Below are positions 27,640 through 37,006 of a stretch of DNA of 64,000 nucleotides, piece by piece. The notes under the pieces are model-generated. The model had not been told where the DNA came from. It ran no database searches and saw only the letters and a list, made by a program, of their open reading frames with translations. This DNA comes from an uncultured Candidatus Saccharibacteria bacterium (GTDB lineage: Bacteria > Patescibacteriota > UBA1384 > DTJR01). Each line of letters starts with the position of its first letter. Positions within the stretch are counted from its first letter, which is position 1. The DNA lies in NCBI GenBank assembly GCA_964487045.1, contig CAZAOT010000003.1, positions 72,983 to 136,982 of the forward strand, given 5' to 3'. The position numbers and the translations under genes are program-made.

Positions 27640-28551
27640 TTAAATTCTTTCGAGTTCAATTGAACTAGCACCAGCTTTGATGGTAAGTTCAATTTTTTTA
27701 CTAGATGAGTCAAAATTGTCAGAAGTATAATCGTCACCCGACTTCTTTAGTCCAACTTCAGTGAAATTATTAGAGCTGGCACCAGATTTTGAGTTTACTT
27801 TAAGCCCAGAGGACTTTGGCACTTTGATTTTAAGAGAGCTTGCTCCAATATCAAACTGACCAGAAAGCTTATCTAGCTTATCGCCAAGCCTAATATTGTA
27901 TGAAGATACTCCGCTTTTTACGATCAGATTTTCCAGATTTACTTCTTGAAGTTCAAGATTTCCGTCGACCGCTCCAGTGTTTAGCTCGAGGGAGGTTCGC
28001 AATGACTTATTAAGGCTTAGTTGCCAATCATTTTTAATTCGATTAAAGAAGCTAATTCTATTTGATGAAGTGCTAAGCTCAATATTTTCTTCGCCATCAC
28101 TAATACTTCGATTAACGTCAACAGGAAAATTTCCATCGATAGTTCCACTGATCAGTTGATCGGAATCTCCATCAATGTTTAATTTTGCCGCTCCTGTTTT
28201 GATGGTTACCTTGGCGCTTTTGGACTGATCGGAGGCACTTTCATCAATATATTGGGTAGCTGAAGCTTGGTTGTAAGTAGATGAATTCTTATCAAAGGAG
28301 TAATTGCCGGAAGTAATGACCCAAGCAAGTCCAGCGATAATCATAATTACTACAACAATATTTAAGATGATTTGACCAATAGTTGAGAGGGATTTAGAGA
28401 TTATTGAGAGTCCGGCAACAATTAAGATAAGTGGCCAAAGCTTCCAGATACTAGCCCAAATTGTTGGACTCAAAACGCCATAATTTATAAGCAGGAAGAT
28501 CAGTCCTATGAAGATGACTATTAGGCCCCAAATTAATTTGCCTATGTTCAT
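27640..28551 (-). CDS. Membrane-anchored DUF4097/LiaG-like beta-rich protein
   Basis: Two N-terminal TM helices, then repetitive beta-strand-like S/G/N-rich segments; partner of PspC. Confidence 0.4.
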   Translation of the reverse strand: MNIGKLIWGLIVIFIGLIFLLINYGVLSPTIWASIWKLWPLILIVAGLSIISKSLSTIGQIILNIVVVIMIIAGLAWVITSGNYSFDKNSSTYNQASATQYIDESASDQSKSAKVTIKTGAAKLNIDGDSDQLISGTIDGNFPVDVNRSISDGEENIELSTSSNRISFFNRIKNDWQLSLNKSLRTSLELNTGAVDGNLELQEVNLENLIVKSGVSSYNIRLGDKLDKLSGQFDIGASSLKIKVPKSSGLKVNSKSGASSNNFTEVGLKKSGDDYTSDNFDSSSKKIELTIKAGASSIELERI

Positions 28552-29015
28552 TTCTTCTCCTTTTTTGATTTTTCTTCTATTTTTTTATTAGGTGACTTTG
28601 ACAAGATTGCGATTCCTACGGCGATGATAATTAGAGGCCAGAGTTTATCAAACCCCACGTGCCAGAAAGGAAAGAATTCTTGAAGAAGAAACGAAACACC
28701 AAGCAAGATGATAATTAATCCGCCCACTAGCCTAAAATTGTTTGTTCCCGAAGCTTCTTTGAGCTCGGAAGCCATTTTGTCGGCACCTGATTTAATATTT
28801 TCACCGACTTCTTTGGATCTTTTTTCTCCTTTTTCAGGAATTAGGATCCACATAACTAGGTAGACGACGACTCCGCTAGCACCAAATACGGCAAGCAAAA
28901 TAAAAATTAATCTAAATACTATCGGGTCGATCTCAAAATATTCACCAAGTCCGCCACAAACACCTCCAATTACTCGGTCAGTGCTTGATCGATAAAGTTT
29001 TTTATCTTCCTGCAT
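28548..29015 (-). CDS. PspC-domain membrane protein
   Basis: RSSTDRVIGGVCGGLGEYFEIDPIVFRLIFIL signature. Confidence 0.65.
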   Translation of the reverse strand: MQEDKKLYRSSTDRVIGGVCGGLGEYFEIDPIVFRLIFILLAVFGASGVVVYLVMWILIPEKGEKRSKEVGENIKSGADKMASELKEASGTNNFRLVGGLIIILLGVSFLLQEFFPFWHVGFDKLWPLIIIAVGIAILSKSPNKKIEEKSKKEKK

Positions 29016-29023
29016 ATTGTTCC

Positions 29024-29485
29024 TTATTTTTTGCCCGAGGATGTTATCACCTGGGCTGCTCTTATAATTTTATCGCCAATTTTATAGCCTGGCTTTTGAA
29101 TTCTTACAATTGATTCTTCTGGTAAATCAGATGGTTCGACAGCAATTGCCTCGTGGTTATTTGGGTCAAAGGCAGAGCCAATCTCGGGTGCTATCTTTAC
29201 AATATTCTGGTCCGATAGAGTCGTTTCAATTTGACCCACTATGATATCGACACCTTTAACCCACCCGTTTTCTTTGAGCTCTTCAGGGGTATGGTGGGTC
29301 ATCAAGGTCAGATTGTCGAGAAGTGGAATAATCTGCGAAAGCAAATCGATCTTGGCTTGGTCGGTCCAGTTTTTTTTATCAGACTCGGTTCTTTTTTTGT
29401 AATTTTCAAAATCAGCAGAGACTCTTAAGTAAAGCTTCTGAAAATCATCTTGTTTAATATCTTGAGATTTTTTTGTTTTTTCCAT
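29024..29485 (-). CDS. grpE: Nucleotide exchange factor GrpE
   Basis: ADFENYKKR motif, size, position upstream of dnaK. Confidence 0.75.
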   Translation of the reverse strand: MEKTKKSQDIKQDDFQKLYLRVSADFENYKKRTESDKKNWTDQAKIDLLSQIIPLLDNLTLMTHHTPEELKENGWVKGVDIIVGQIETTLSDQNIVKIAPEIGSAFDPNNHEAIAVEPSDLPEESIVRIQKPGYKIGDKIIRAAQVITSSGKK

Positions 29486-29540
29486 GCTTATTACCTCGAC
29501 AGAAATACTAGCATATTAACAAAAAAAAGAAAGTTTCGAA

Positions 29541-30113
29541 CTAGAGAATTTGAAGATCGCCAGGAGTTACAATTGTGCCAGTTTGAGTAGTATCAGCCGC
29601 AGGTGTTTGTGTGGTAGTAGGCGATTCATATACAATAGATTCTTCTGCAACAGGTGTAGTGTAGCTGTCAGCACTGTTACCTGGTTCTGTAGAAGGTTCG
29701 CCCAAGTTGAGTTCGAATTCGGCGGTTTCATTTACTTGATCGTTTATAAAATTAACTTCGACAGGAGAGCCAGAAAGTTCATTGTTGGCCGAATAAAGAG
29801 TTACCCTATACTGCCCTTGAGGAATTTTTCTGATATACCACTCTACTGTGTTTAGTCCAGCTGTTTCGAAGGTAAAACTACGATTTTTAAAATAATAATT
29901 AGCTCCTCCATTTACAGGAGTAAATCTAATCGCGAAGGGGATGCTTCTGGCGTCTGGAACGGTGACGTTTAGTCCGACATGAGCGGTAGCGTAGCCGGGT
30001 AAGATAGTATCTGCTTGAATTTTTGACTGATAGGCAAAATAGCCCAAGGCTAGCACTCCGATCGCAAGTAAGCCGGCAATTGAAAGATTAGATATTTTCT
30101 TAATATTTTTCAT
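29541..30113 (-). CDS. Secreted hypothetical protein
   Basis: Signal peptide. Confidence 0.4.
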   Translation of the reverse strand: MKNIKKISNLSIAGLLAIGVLALGYFAYQSKIQADTILPGYATAHVGLNVTVPDARSIPFAIRFTPVNGGANYYFKNRSFTFETAGLNTVEWYIRKIPQGQYRVTLYSANNELSGSPVEVNFINDQVNETAEFELNLGEPSTEPGNSADSYTTPVAEESIVYESPTTTQTPAADTTQTGTIVTPGDLQIL

Positions 30114-30137
30114 AAATACTGCTTATAATTATAGTAA

Positions 30138-31556
30138 ATGAAAAAAGGTTTAGCGTCAAAGCTTAATCTATTGGCGCACCCTACTTATTTGTTGATCTTT
30201 TTGACTCTAGGGTTGATTGTCAGTGTAAATTTACCCTTATGGCTAATTTATTTATCTTTTTACCTCACTTTTATTGGCATTTTGTTGGTTCTATTTAAAA
30301 TTAAAAGTGGTGCTTGTTTAGTTTTTCTTGGTTTTGGAATTTTGATCGGAAGCTATCATTTATATAGTGTCGATCATCCCCTTCCAAGCGGTTGTGATGA
30401 TGCGAAAGTTCTTTCAAGGGCAAAGAAATTTAAGACAGGGTTTGTATATAAAATCAAGGGTTCTAAAGAAGTTCTTCTCTACAGCCAAAGCGATGATTTC
30501 AAGATCGCTGATAAAGTGCGAGTATGTTTTGGTAAGCCACTTTTACTCGAGGCAAGGGATCGCAGATATCTTCTATCTCAACTACATAGCCAAAACCTGA
30601 TGGATGCAAGTGAAATAAAGTTACTTGAGCCGGGCAAGGGGGTGAAGAATTATTTAGAACTTCTTAGCGATAAATTTGCAGGCGATGCTGCAAAACTTTT
30701 CTCGGGAGATCAGGGCACTTTAGCTTATGGTGTGATTTTTGGCGGCGGTGATTTTTCAAAAGAGCTCAAGAATGACTTTAAGCGAAGTGGCACAACTCAC
30801 ATCGTTGCAGTCTCGGGTTACAACGTATCGATTATCACTGCTTGGATGTTTGATTTTCTGCGCCAAATAAGTAAGAATTTTTCGGGAATATTTTCTGTCT
30901 TGGCGCTAGTGGGGTTTTATTTTATTACTGGCGGATCGGCTTCGGTTCTTCGCGCTTCGGTCATGGGAGTGATTATTCTTCTTACTAAATTTATAGGTCG
31001 CAAGGTTTCGCCTCTTCATTTATTAATGCTAGCGGCGAGTTTGATTTTAGCTTTTAATCCTTTTGCTCTTTATGATTGGGGATTTCAACTTTCCTTCTTG
31101 GCAACAGCCGGATTATTTTTTCTTGCACCTGCGATTGAAAGCTTGCTCTCTAGAGTAAAATTCAATAAAAGTTTAATTAAGACTTTTAGCGAAACGATCG
31201 GTGCACAAATTTTTGTCCTGCCGATACTTGTGGCAAATTTTGGTTCATTTTCTATCATCTCGCCACTTACTAATCTTTTGATCCTGCCCCTTATTCCCCT
31301 TTTAATGAGCTTAGTCTTTATTTCACTTATAGGTTTTACCCTCTATCATCCGCTGGGAATATTTTTATCTGGAATAACAAAAATATTATTAGCTTATGTA
31401 ATTTGGATCGTAAAATTAAGTTCACTGCTGCCGTTTGCGAGTCTTAATTATAAACTTGATCCCTTGATCGCTATTCCTTTTGGATATGGCATAATCATAC
31501 TATTAACTTATTACTTAAGAAGAAGATATCTTGTTAAATCAAAACAAAATATTTGA
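30138..31556 (+). CDS. comEC: ComEC/Rec2 DNA-uptake channel, membrane (DUF4131 plus competence) part
   Basis: Polytopic; GTTHIVAVSGYNVSIITAW competence-domain region. Confidence 0.65.
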   Translation: MKKGLASKLNLLAHPTYLLIFLTLGLIVSVNLPLWLIYLSFYLTFIGILLVLFKIKSGACLVFLGFGILIGSYHLYSVDHPLPSGCDDAKVLSRAKKFKTGFVYKIKGSKEVLLYSQSDDFKIADKVRVCFGKPLLLEARDRRYLLSQLHSQNLMDASEIKLLEPGKGVKNYLELLSDKFAGDAAKLFSGDQGTLAYGVIFGGGDFSKELKNDFKRSGTTHIVAVSGYNVSIITAWMFDFLRQISKNFSGIFSVLALVGFYFITGGSASVLRASVMGVIILLTKFIGRKVSPLHLLMLAASLILAFNPFALYDWGFQLSFLATAGLFFLAPAIESLLSRVKFNKSLIKTFSETIGAQIFVLPILVANFGSFSIISPLTNLLILPLIPLLMSLVFISLIGFTLYHPLGIFLSGITKILLAYVIWIVKLSSLLPFASLNYKLDPLIAIPFGYGIIILLTYYLRRRYLVKSKQNI

Positions 31557-32394
31557 CTACCTGCTGCTAGCAGTTGTTTTAGTTGGTCTTTTTCTGTATT
31601 CGACAATATATCAAAATGCTCAAGCCAACATTGACCCTGCCTCAGCCAAAATTAGTTTTTTGGATGTCGGCCAAGCGGATTGCGCATTAGTTAATTTGCC
31701 AAATAATAAGCAAATTCTGATCGATGCAGGCAAATCGTCAGACGTTGTCTCGAAAATAAGATCGAGGATGCCGGCCTTTGATTCGGAGATAGAAGCGGTT
31801 TTCTTGAGTCATCCAGATAGTGACCATGTTGGAGGGTTTGTCTCGGTTCTTAATTCTTACAAAGTCGACAAAGTTTATCTGAACACCGATCAATCTGACT
31901 CTAAGACTTTTGACGCGATTTTAGCTGAAATGGATAAGCAAAAAATTTCTCACGAAGTGATCGGCTCTGGACGAGACGTGTATATAGAAGATCTGCGAAT
32001 CAAAACGCTTTGGCCTTCGGAAAATAGTGGTTCCTTAAGTGAAAATAATCGCTCCTTGGTGCTAAAGCTAATGATCAAATCGGGAGTCGCTCTTTTTACG
32101 GGAGATCTCGAGATAGAAGGGCAGAATAAATTAATGAGTGAATATAAGGAAGAAGATCTTTTGGCAGATTTGTATAAAGTTCCACATCACGGAGCCTCTG
32201 GAGCGTGGAATGAAAGCTTTGCCCAGAAGGTTAAACCCAAAAATGCTGTGATTTCGGTAGGTAATAATTCATATGGTCATCCTGGGCAAAGTACAATTAC
32301 GGGACTTGAGAAGATAGGAAGTAAGGTTTATCGCACAGATCAGCTAGGTACGATTGATTTTGTCCTAAGTGAAGCGGGATTTGTGTCAAAATAA
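31531..32394 (+). CDS. ComEC-type metallo-beta-lactamase domain protein with its own N-terminal anchor (separate ORF, overlaps the previous one by 26 nt)
   Basis: ISFLDVGQADC..HPDSDHVGG MBL motifs as in the ComEC C-terminal domain. Confidence 0.6.
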   Translation: MLNQNKIFDYLLLAVVLVGLFLYSTIYQNAQANIDPASAKISFLDVGQADCALVNLPNNKQILIDAGKSSDVVSKIRSRMPAFDSEIEAVFLSHPDSDHVGGFVSVLNSYKVDKVYLNTDQSDSKTFDAILAEMDKQKISHEVIGSGRDVYIEDLRIKTLWPSENSGSLSENNRSLVLKLMIKSGVALFTGDLEIEGQNKLMSEYKEEDLLADLYKVPHHGASGAWNESFAQKVKPKNAVISVGNNSYGHPGQSTITGLEKIGSKVYRTDQLGTIDFVLSEAGFVSK

Positions 32395-32404
32395 TACTTA
32401 AAAA

Positions 32405-32440
32405 AGAGGAAAGCCCCCCGCCATGCGGCAGGGGGCCTTG
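32405..32440 (-). terminator. Terminator for cassette h on the minus strand (GGCCCCCTGCCGCATGGCGGGGGGC followed by TTTCCTCTTTTTT)
   Basis: Read on the reverse complement. Confidence 0.55.
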
Positions 32441-32461
32441 TTTCCCGGTGCGATGAAAGTC

Positions 32462-32908
32462 TCACCAGCGTCCCCCCGGGTAGGGGTTGTTGGCGCGCTC
32501 GAAGTTCCGCTGAGCGCGCTCCAGGTCTCGGTAGCCGCTCGACAGGTAGCCGAGCCGCCGCCGCTCCGCTTCGATGGCGGAGATTTGGTTGTTGTACCCA
32601 CCCTGAGGCAGGTACCCGCCTTGGTAGCTGTAGCCACCCTGGGCGACGTAGCCGTTGCCGCAGCCATAGTTGCGCTGCTGGCAACCGCAGATAGTGCCGA
32701 TCGGCCTGATTTGGAAGCAGGCCGAACAGCGGACGAGCTGCGCCTGCGGGGCGAAGTAACCGCCACCGCAGGTGGGCATCGGCATCGGGCGATAGCCCGG
32801 GCCGCACCCACCACCGCTGCCACCGACCGAGAGGATCACGGTGATCCTGGGGCCGGCGCTCGCCGTCGAAACGGCGGCGATTACGACGAGAACGATTGGC
32901 ATCGTCCT
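32462..32908 (-). CDS. Small secreted Gly/Cys/Tyr-rich protein (signal MRTMPIVLVVIAAVSTASA), GC-rich cassette h
   Basis: Chosen among overlapping frames in GC-rich DNA by signal peptide, downstream terminator, and CGCQQ/GGY repeats. Confidence 0.4.
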   Translation of the reverse strand, partial: RTMPIVLVVIAAVSTASAGPRITVILSVGGSGGGCGPGYRPMPMPTCGGGYFAPQAQLVRCSACFQIRPIGTICGCQQRNYGCGNGYVAQGGYSYQGGYLPQGGYNNQISAIEAERRRLGYLSSGYRDLERAQRNFERANNPYPGGRW

Positions 32909-32988
32909 CATTTTGGACACCTCTTTCAAAGGTGCTGGAATTGACTGATTCGGGTAACTATACCACAATTACCCGAGAAAGTCAAGGT

Positions 32989-33348
32989 TCAGACCCTCAG
33001 CATCGCTCCCACGCTCAGCTCCATCTGAGTCTCGAGCCTATCAAGTGAGCAATATGCCCTCTGGATCGAAACCTCCCGAAGATCTCTCGGCTTTGCCAGG
33101 GAGATGACGTGTATCTCGCCGAGTTCATGCTCCTCAAGTGTATCAACAGCAGTTGTGTGACCTTCATTGCAGATAATCAGGTAAGGTCCTTCGCACTTGA
33201 GAGCGAAGATCTCCCGAATATCTCTTCCGTGGAATTCGTGAAGCAGGTATGTCAGCTCGAGGCGTTCAAGTACCGCCTTTACTTTTGAGCCGATCATCCG
33301 CTGATCCTCGACTGCCACGGCCGATACAACACAGATTTGCCTTTTCAA
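32989..33348 (-). CDS. Hypothetical protein, cassette h (TTG start at 33348 after AAGGAGG, or ATG at 33297)
   Basis: GC-rich ORF. Confidence 0.35.
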   Translation of the reverse strand: MKRQICVVSAVAVEDQRMIGSKVKAVLERLELTYLLHEFHGRDIREIFALKCEGPYLIICNEGHTTAVDTLEEHELGEIHVISLAKPRDLREVSIQRAYCSLDRLETQMELSVGAMLRV

Positions 33349-33425
33349 ACCCTTCGCCTCCTTTGCGAAAGATGTGGTTCTAAGATATAATCTAGTCCGA
33401 AATTAAGGAAAAGCAAGAGGTTTAT

Positions 33426-34139
33426 ATGTCGGGACATTCTAAATGGGCTTCAATCAAACACCAAAAGGCAGCCACTGATAAAAAACGAAGCAATGTTTTT
33501 ACAAAACTTGCCAATAACATTTCGGTTGCCGCCAGGGGTGGTGGCGATCCAGCAATGAACTATTCATTAAGGTTAGCTATCGAGAAGGCCAAAGGGGCTA
33601 ATATGCCCAAGGACAATATCGAGAGGGCAATCAAGAGAGGTACCGGTGAACTCGGTGGGGCTTCTATCAGTGAAGACTTATTTGAAATTTATGGCCCAGC
33701 GCAAACAGCAATCTTGGTTGAAACAATTACTGATAATAAAAATAGAACTTCGGCCGAAATAAAAGCAGTCATCAATAAAATGGGTGGTAAGCTAGCTAGT
33801 GCAAATGCAGTCTCATATATGTTTGATCGAAAGGGTGAAATAAAAGTAAGCATTGATGGTCAAGGTGAGGAAGATTTAGAGCTAAAAATTATTGAATCAG
33901 GCGCTGAAGATTATCAGCTCATCGATGACGGGTATTTGATCTATTGCAAACCAAACGAACTCAAGCAGGTTGCGGATATTCTGCTTGATCAAGGACTAAA
34001 AGTTGAATCATCAGAGTTGGTTTGGTTACCCAAAGAAACTATTTCTGTTCCAGAAGAAGATTCGGCTAAAGTAATTAGGTTGCTTGAGGCACTGGATGAT
34101 CTCGACGATGTTGCAAATGTAAGCTCGAATTTAGGTTAA
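33426..34139 (+). CDS. yebC: YebC/PmpR-family transcriptional regulator
   Basis: MSGHSKWASIKH N-terminus; promoter TTGCGA-N17-TATAAT at ~33363-33391. Confidence 0.8.
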   Translation: MSGHSKWASIKHQKAATDKKRSNVFTKLANNISVAARGGGDPAMNYSLRLAIEKAKGANMPKDNIERAIKRGTGELGGASISEDLFEIYGPAQTAILVETITDNKNRTSAEIKAVINKMGGKLASANAVSYMFDRKGEIKVSIDGQGEEDLELKIIESGAEDYQLIDDGYLIYCKPNELKQVADILLDQGLKVESSELVWLPKETISVPEEDSAKVIRLLEALDDLDDVANVSSNLG

Positions 34140-34141
34140 TA

Positions 34142-34618
34142 ATGAAAATTATTGGTATTGATCCGGGTACGGGTCGGCTTGGCTGGGCGGTTGTAGAAAA
34201 AAATAATTCTAAAATTGAACTTTTAGATTGCAGTCTTGTCGAAACTAAAGCAAACACTCCGCTTGCAGATCGGCTGGAAAAAATTTATTTAGTTTTAAAC
34301 GAAGTTATCAAGAAATTCAAACCAGAAGAAATGGCTATCGAAGAACTATTCTTTGTTAAAAATGTAAAAACCGGTATATCTGTGGCACATGCCCGAGGGG
34401 TGGCGATGCTTGTGGCGCGTCTAGCCAAGATGGAAATTTTTGAATACAAACCAAATGAAATAAAACTCGGTATTTGTGGATACGGGCATGCCGACAAGAA
34501 ACAGATGTCAAAGATGGTTGAACTTCATATTAGAGGATGTAAGATAGAACAAGACGACACTGCCGATGCTGTTGCAATTGCTCTTTACCATTTGCAGTGC
34601 CAAAGATATAAAAAATAA
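34142..34618 (+). CDS. ruvC: Holliday-junction resolvase RuvC
   Basis: IIGIDPGTGRLGWAV and C-terminal DTADAVAIAL. Confidence 0.8.
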   Translation: MKIIGIDPGTGRLGWAVVEKNNSKIELLDCSLVETKANTPLADRLEKIYLVLNEVIKKFKPEEMAIEELFFVKNVKTGISVAHARGVAMLVARLAKMEIFEYKPNEIKLGICGYGHADKKQMSKMVELHIRGCKIEQDDTADAVAIALYHLQCQRYKK

Positions 34619-34626
34619 GGAGGGGT

Positions 34627-35628
34627 ATGCCTCAGCTTAGACAAAATATCATTACTGGTGAATGGGTCGTTTTTGCTCCAGAGCGAGCTAAAAGACCGAC
34701 TGACTATGTTTCTATAAACAAGGAGAGGAAGCAGAAGAAAGAAGATTGCCCGTTTTGTATTGATTCAAAAAATAGTGAATACTCAAAGCAAAAAAAAGAG
34801 TTTGAGACAGATAATACCTATGTAATCACTAATAAATATCCTGTGTTTATTGAACAGCCTGAAGAGAAATCGGCTAAACTTTTCAGACTCGAGGATGAAT
34901 TCTACAAAATGAAAATTGCTCTTGGCGGTCATGATGTTGTGGTAGTTAAGAACCATGACGTTGATCTATGTGATTTTTCCAAGGATACTTTCGCCGATTT
35001 GCTTAGCACCTTTAAACACAGGGCTGAATATTTTAAGAAAAATGAGAACATTGAGTATGTAATGCCGATCTACAACCATGGCCCGGCTGCTGCTGCTTCA
35101 ATAGAGCATCCACACGCTCAAATTGTCGCTTCAGCAGTTGTACCGAACCAAGTTTTAAGGGAAATCCAGTATACTCAAAAGCATTTTGACGAACATAGCA
35201 AATGCGCATTTTGCGAGCTAGTCGCACACGAAATTGAGCAAAATACCCGGGTAGTGGTAGAAAATGAAGATTTCATCGCTTTTAACTTCTATGCTGCACG
35301 ATTCCCATTTGAGACTTGGATTTTACCGAAAAATCATCAGTGTAAATATGAAGACATAACTAAAGAGCAAATATCTTCTCTCGCCTCCTTATGCAAGGAT
35401 TTATTTGGCAAGATGGGTGTGGTACTAAATGATCCAGATCTTAACTTCTTTATTCACTCCGGTCCTCTTAAAGAAGAGAGTTTGAAATCATATCATTGGC
35501 ATATTGAGATTACTCCTCGACTTTCGACTTATGGTGGGTATGAGCTTGGCTCGGGAATGGTTATCGACATCATAACTCCAGAGCAATCAGCCGAGTTTTT
35601 ACGTCAGGGTAAGATAGAGAAAAACTGA
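34627..35628 (+). CDS. galT: Galactose-1-phosphate uridylyltransferase family (GalT, HIT-like)
   Basis: GEWVVFAPERAKRP, CPFC, HPHAQIV motifs. Confidence 0.65.
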   Translation: MPQLRQNIITGEWVVFAPERAKRPTDYVSINKERKQKKEDCPFCIDSKNSEYSKQKKEFETDNTYVITNKYPVFIEQPEEKSAKLFRLEDEFYKMKIALGGHDVVVVKNHDVDLCDFSKDTFADLLSTFKHRAEYFKKNENIEYVMPIYNHGPAAAASIEHPHAQIVASAVVPNQVLREIQYTQKHFDEHSKCAFCELVAHEIEQNTRVVVENEDFIAFNFYAARFPFETWILPKNHQCKYEDITKEQISSLASLCKDLFGKMGVVLNDPDLNFFIHSGPLKEESLKSYHWHIEITPRLSTYGGYELGSGMVIDIITPEQSAEFLRQGKIEKN

Positions 35629-35730
35629 ACTATTAAAACCTTGAATTTTTATTCTAGTTAGGGTATATTAACAATCAATCAGGTTAAAGTATCAATTAAG
35701 AGACCTTCAGGTTGATTGTTGGGGTGTAAA

Positions 35731-36993
35731 ATGAAAGTGATGATTCTTCTTAAATTTCCTCTATATGGAGGCGGAAGCGGAACGTACACTAGGAAGCTCG
35801 CTGAGCTTCTGGCTAAAGAGAAGGGGTATCAAGTTGCGGTTGTTTCTCCTGATACTAGAACTATAAAAGGTTGCAAGCACTATCAGATTAAACCTGCTTT
35901 CAAAGCGGTATTCGAGGCTCACCCCGAGATGAAGCGAGCCAAAAAATATTCTCGGCTTTCTGGCAGTGAATTTTCGAGACAATATTCGGCCTACTTACGT
36001 GACATTACTAATGCGGTTGCTGATTTTAAACCAGATGTTATTCATGTTAATCACGCTTCATTTTTAACATGGATAGCTTCATTTATTCGCTCAATGTTTG
36101 GAATAGCGTTTGTAACCACTATACATGGGACTGGTGTGTATAATGCAACTATCGATCAAAGATATAGGCTCTTAACAAAACAAGCTCTTGAGAGATCTGA
36201 AAGCTTGATTGCTGTTTCTCCTCATACCAAAAAATGGTTCTTAAAAGTTTTTGGTAAGAGCTTGATCAAAAAAACAAGAATAGTTCCAAATAGTATTGTT
36301 TTGGATGAGTATATTAAGAAACCATCAGTCGTTAAAATTGAGAAAGAATATAATCTAAAGGGTAAAAAAGTGGTTCTCTTTGCGGGAAGGTTGACCTGGG
36401 AAAAAGGTGTCGAATACTTAATTCGAGCAGCAAAGACAATTAAAGGAAATGTTTATATAGTTGGTGGTGGACCCCATGAGAAAGCCCTGAAGAATCTAGT
36501 AAAGCTAACTGGTGTTAAGAACGTTCATTTTCTTGGGTATATCGGCAAAGACAAGTCAGATGTTTTAAAAGCTCTCTTCTATCGTGCCAATGTTTTAGTA
36601 TTACCTTCAGTGGTAGATGAATCTACTGGTTTGGTTTTGCTTGAGGCAATGGCTTGTAAAACACCCGTAGTTGCATCGGACAAAGGTGGAATTCCTATAG
36701 TTATCAAAAATGGACATAATGGTTTTTTGGTCAGAGCTAGAAGCTCAAAGGCAATATCTCAAGCCGTGAATAATATCCTAACCGATGACATACTGGAGCA
36801 GCGGTTAGGTGAAAATGCTCGCATCACTATCGAAAACAAATTTAGATGGAAGGTTATCTTGCCTCAATTTACTGCGATATACGAAAAAGCTGCTGATGTT
36901 ACACACAAACTACAGAATCAGAAATATAGAGCACTATTCGATAAAGAAGATATTATAAGAGAAAAGGAAGAATTGCAGAAGAAAATTGTTTAG
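35731..36993 (+). CDS. Glycosyltransferase family 4
   Basis: EAMACKTPVVASDKGGIPIVI..GFL C-terminal GT4 signature. Confidence 0.7.
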   Translation: MKVMILLKFPLYGGGSGTYTRKLAELLAKEKGYQVAVVSPDTRTIKGCKHYQIKPAFKAVFEAHPEMKRAKKYSRLSGSEFSRQYSAYLRDITNAVADFKPDVIHVNHASFLTWIASFIRSMFGIAFVTTIHGTGVYNATIDQRYRLLTKQALERSESLIAVSPHTKKWFLKVFGKSLIKKTRIVPNSIVLDEYIKKPSVVKIEKEYNLKGKKVVLFAGRLTWEKGVEYLIRAAKTIKGNVYIVGGGPHEKALKNLVKLTGVKNVHFLGYIGKDKSDVLKALFYRANVLVLPSVVDESTGLVLLEAMACKTPVVASDKGGIPIVIKNGHNGFLVRARSSKAISQAVNNILTDDILEQRLGENARITIENKFRWKVILPQFTAIYEKAADVTHKLQNQKYRALFDKEDIIREKEELQKKIV

Positions 36994-37006
36994 GATATAG
37001 TTTTGA

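Noticed and set aside
29486-29540. CIRCE/HrcA operator upstream of grpE
   Set aside because: No TTAGCACTC-N9-GAGTGCTAA-like inverted repeat is present, and no hrcA gene is in the window.
32340-32968. Several overlapping ORFs on both strands (32340..32807-, 32398..32823-, 32423..32944+)
   Set aside because: GC-rich DNA yields open frames in many registers. Only 32462..32908(-) has a signal peptide, a downstream terminator in the right orientation and plausible low-complexity protein character. Confidence is still modest.
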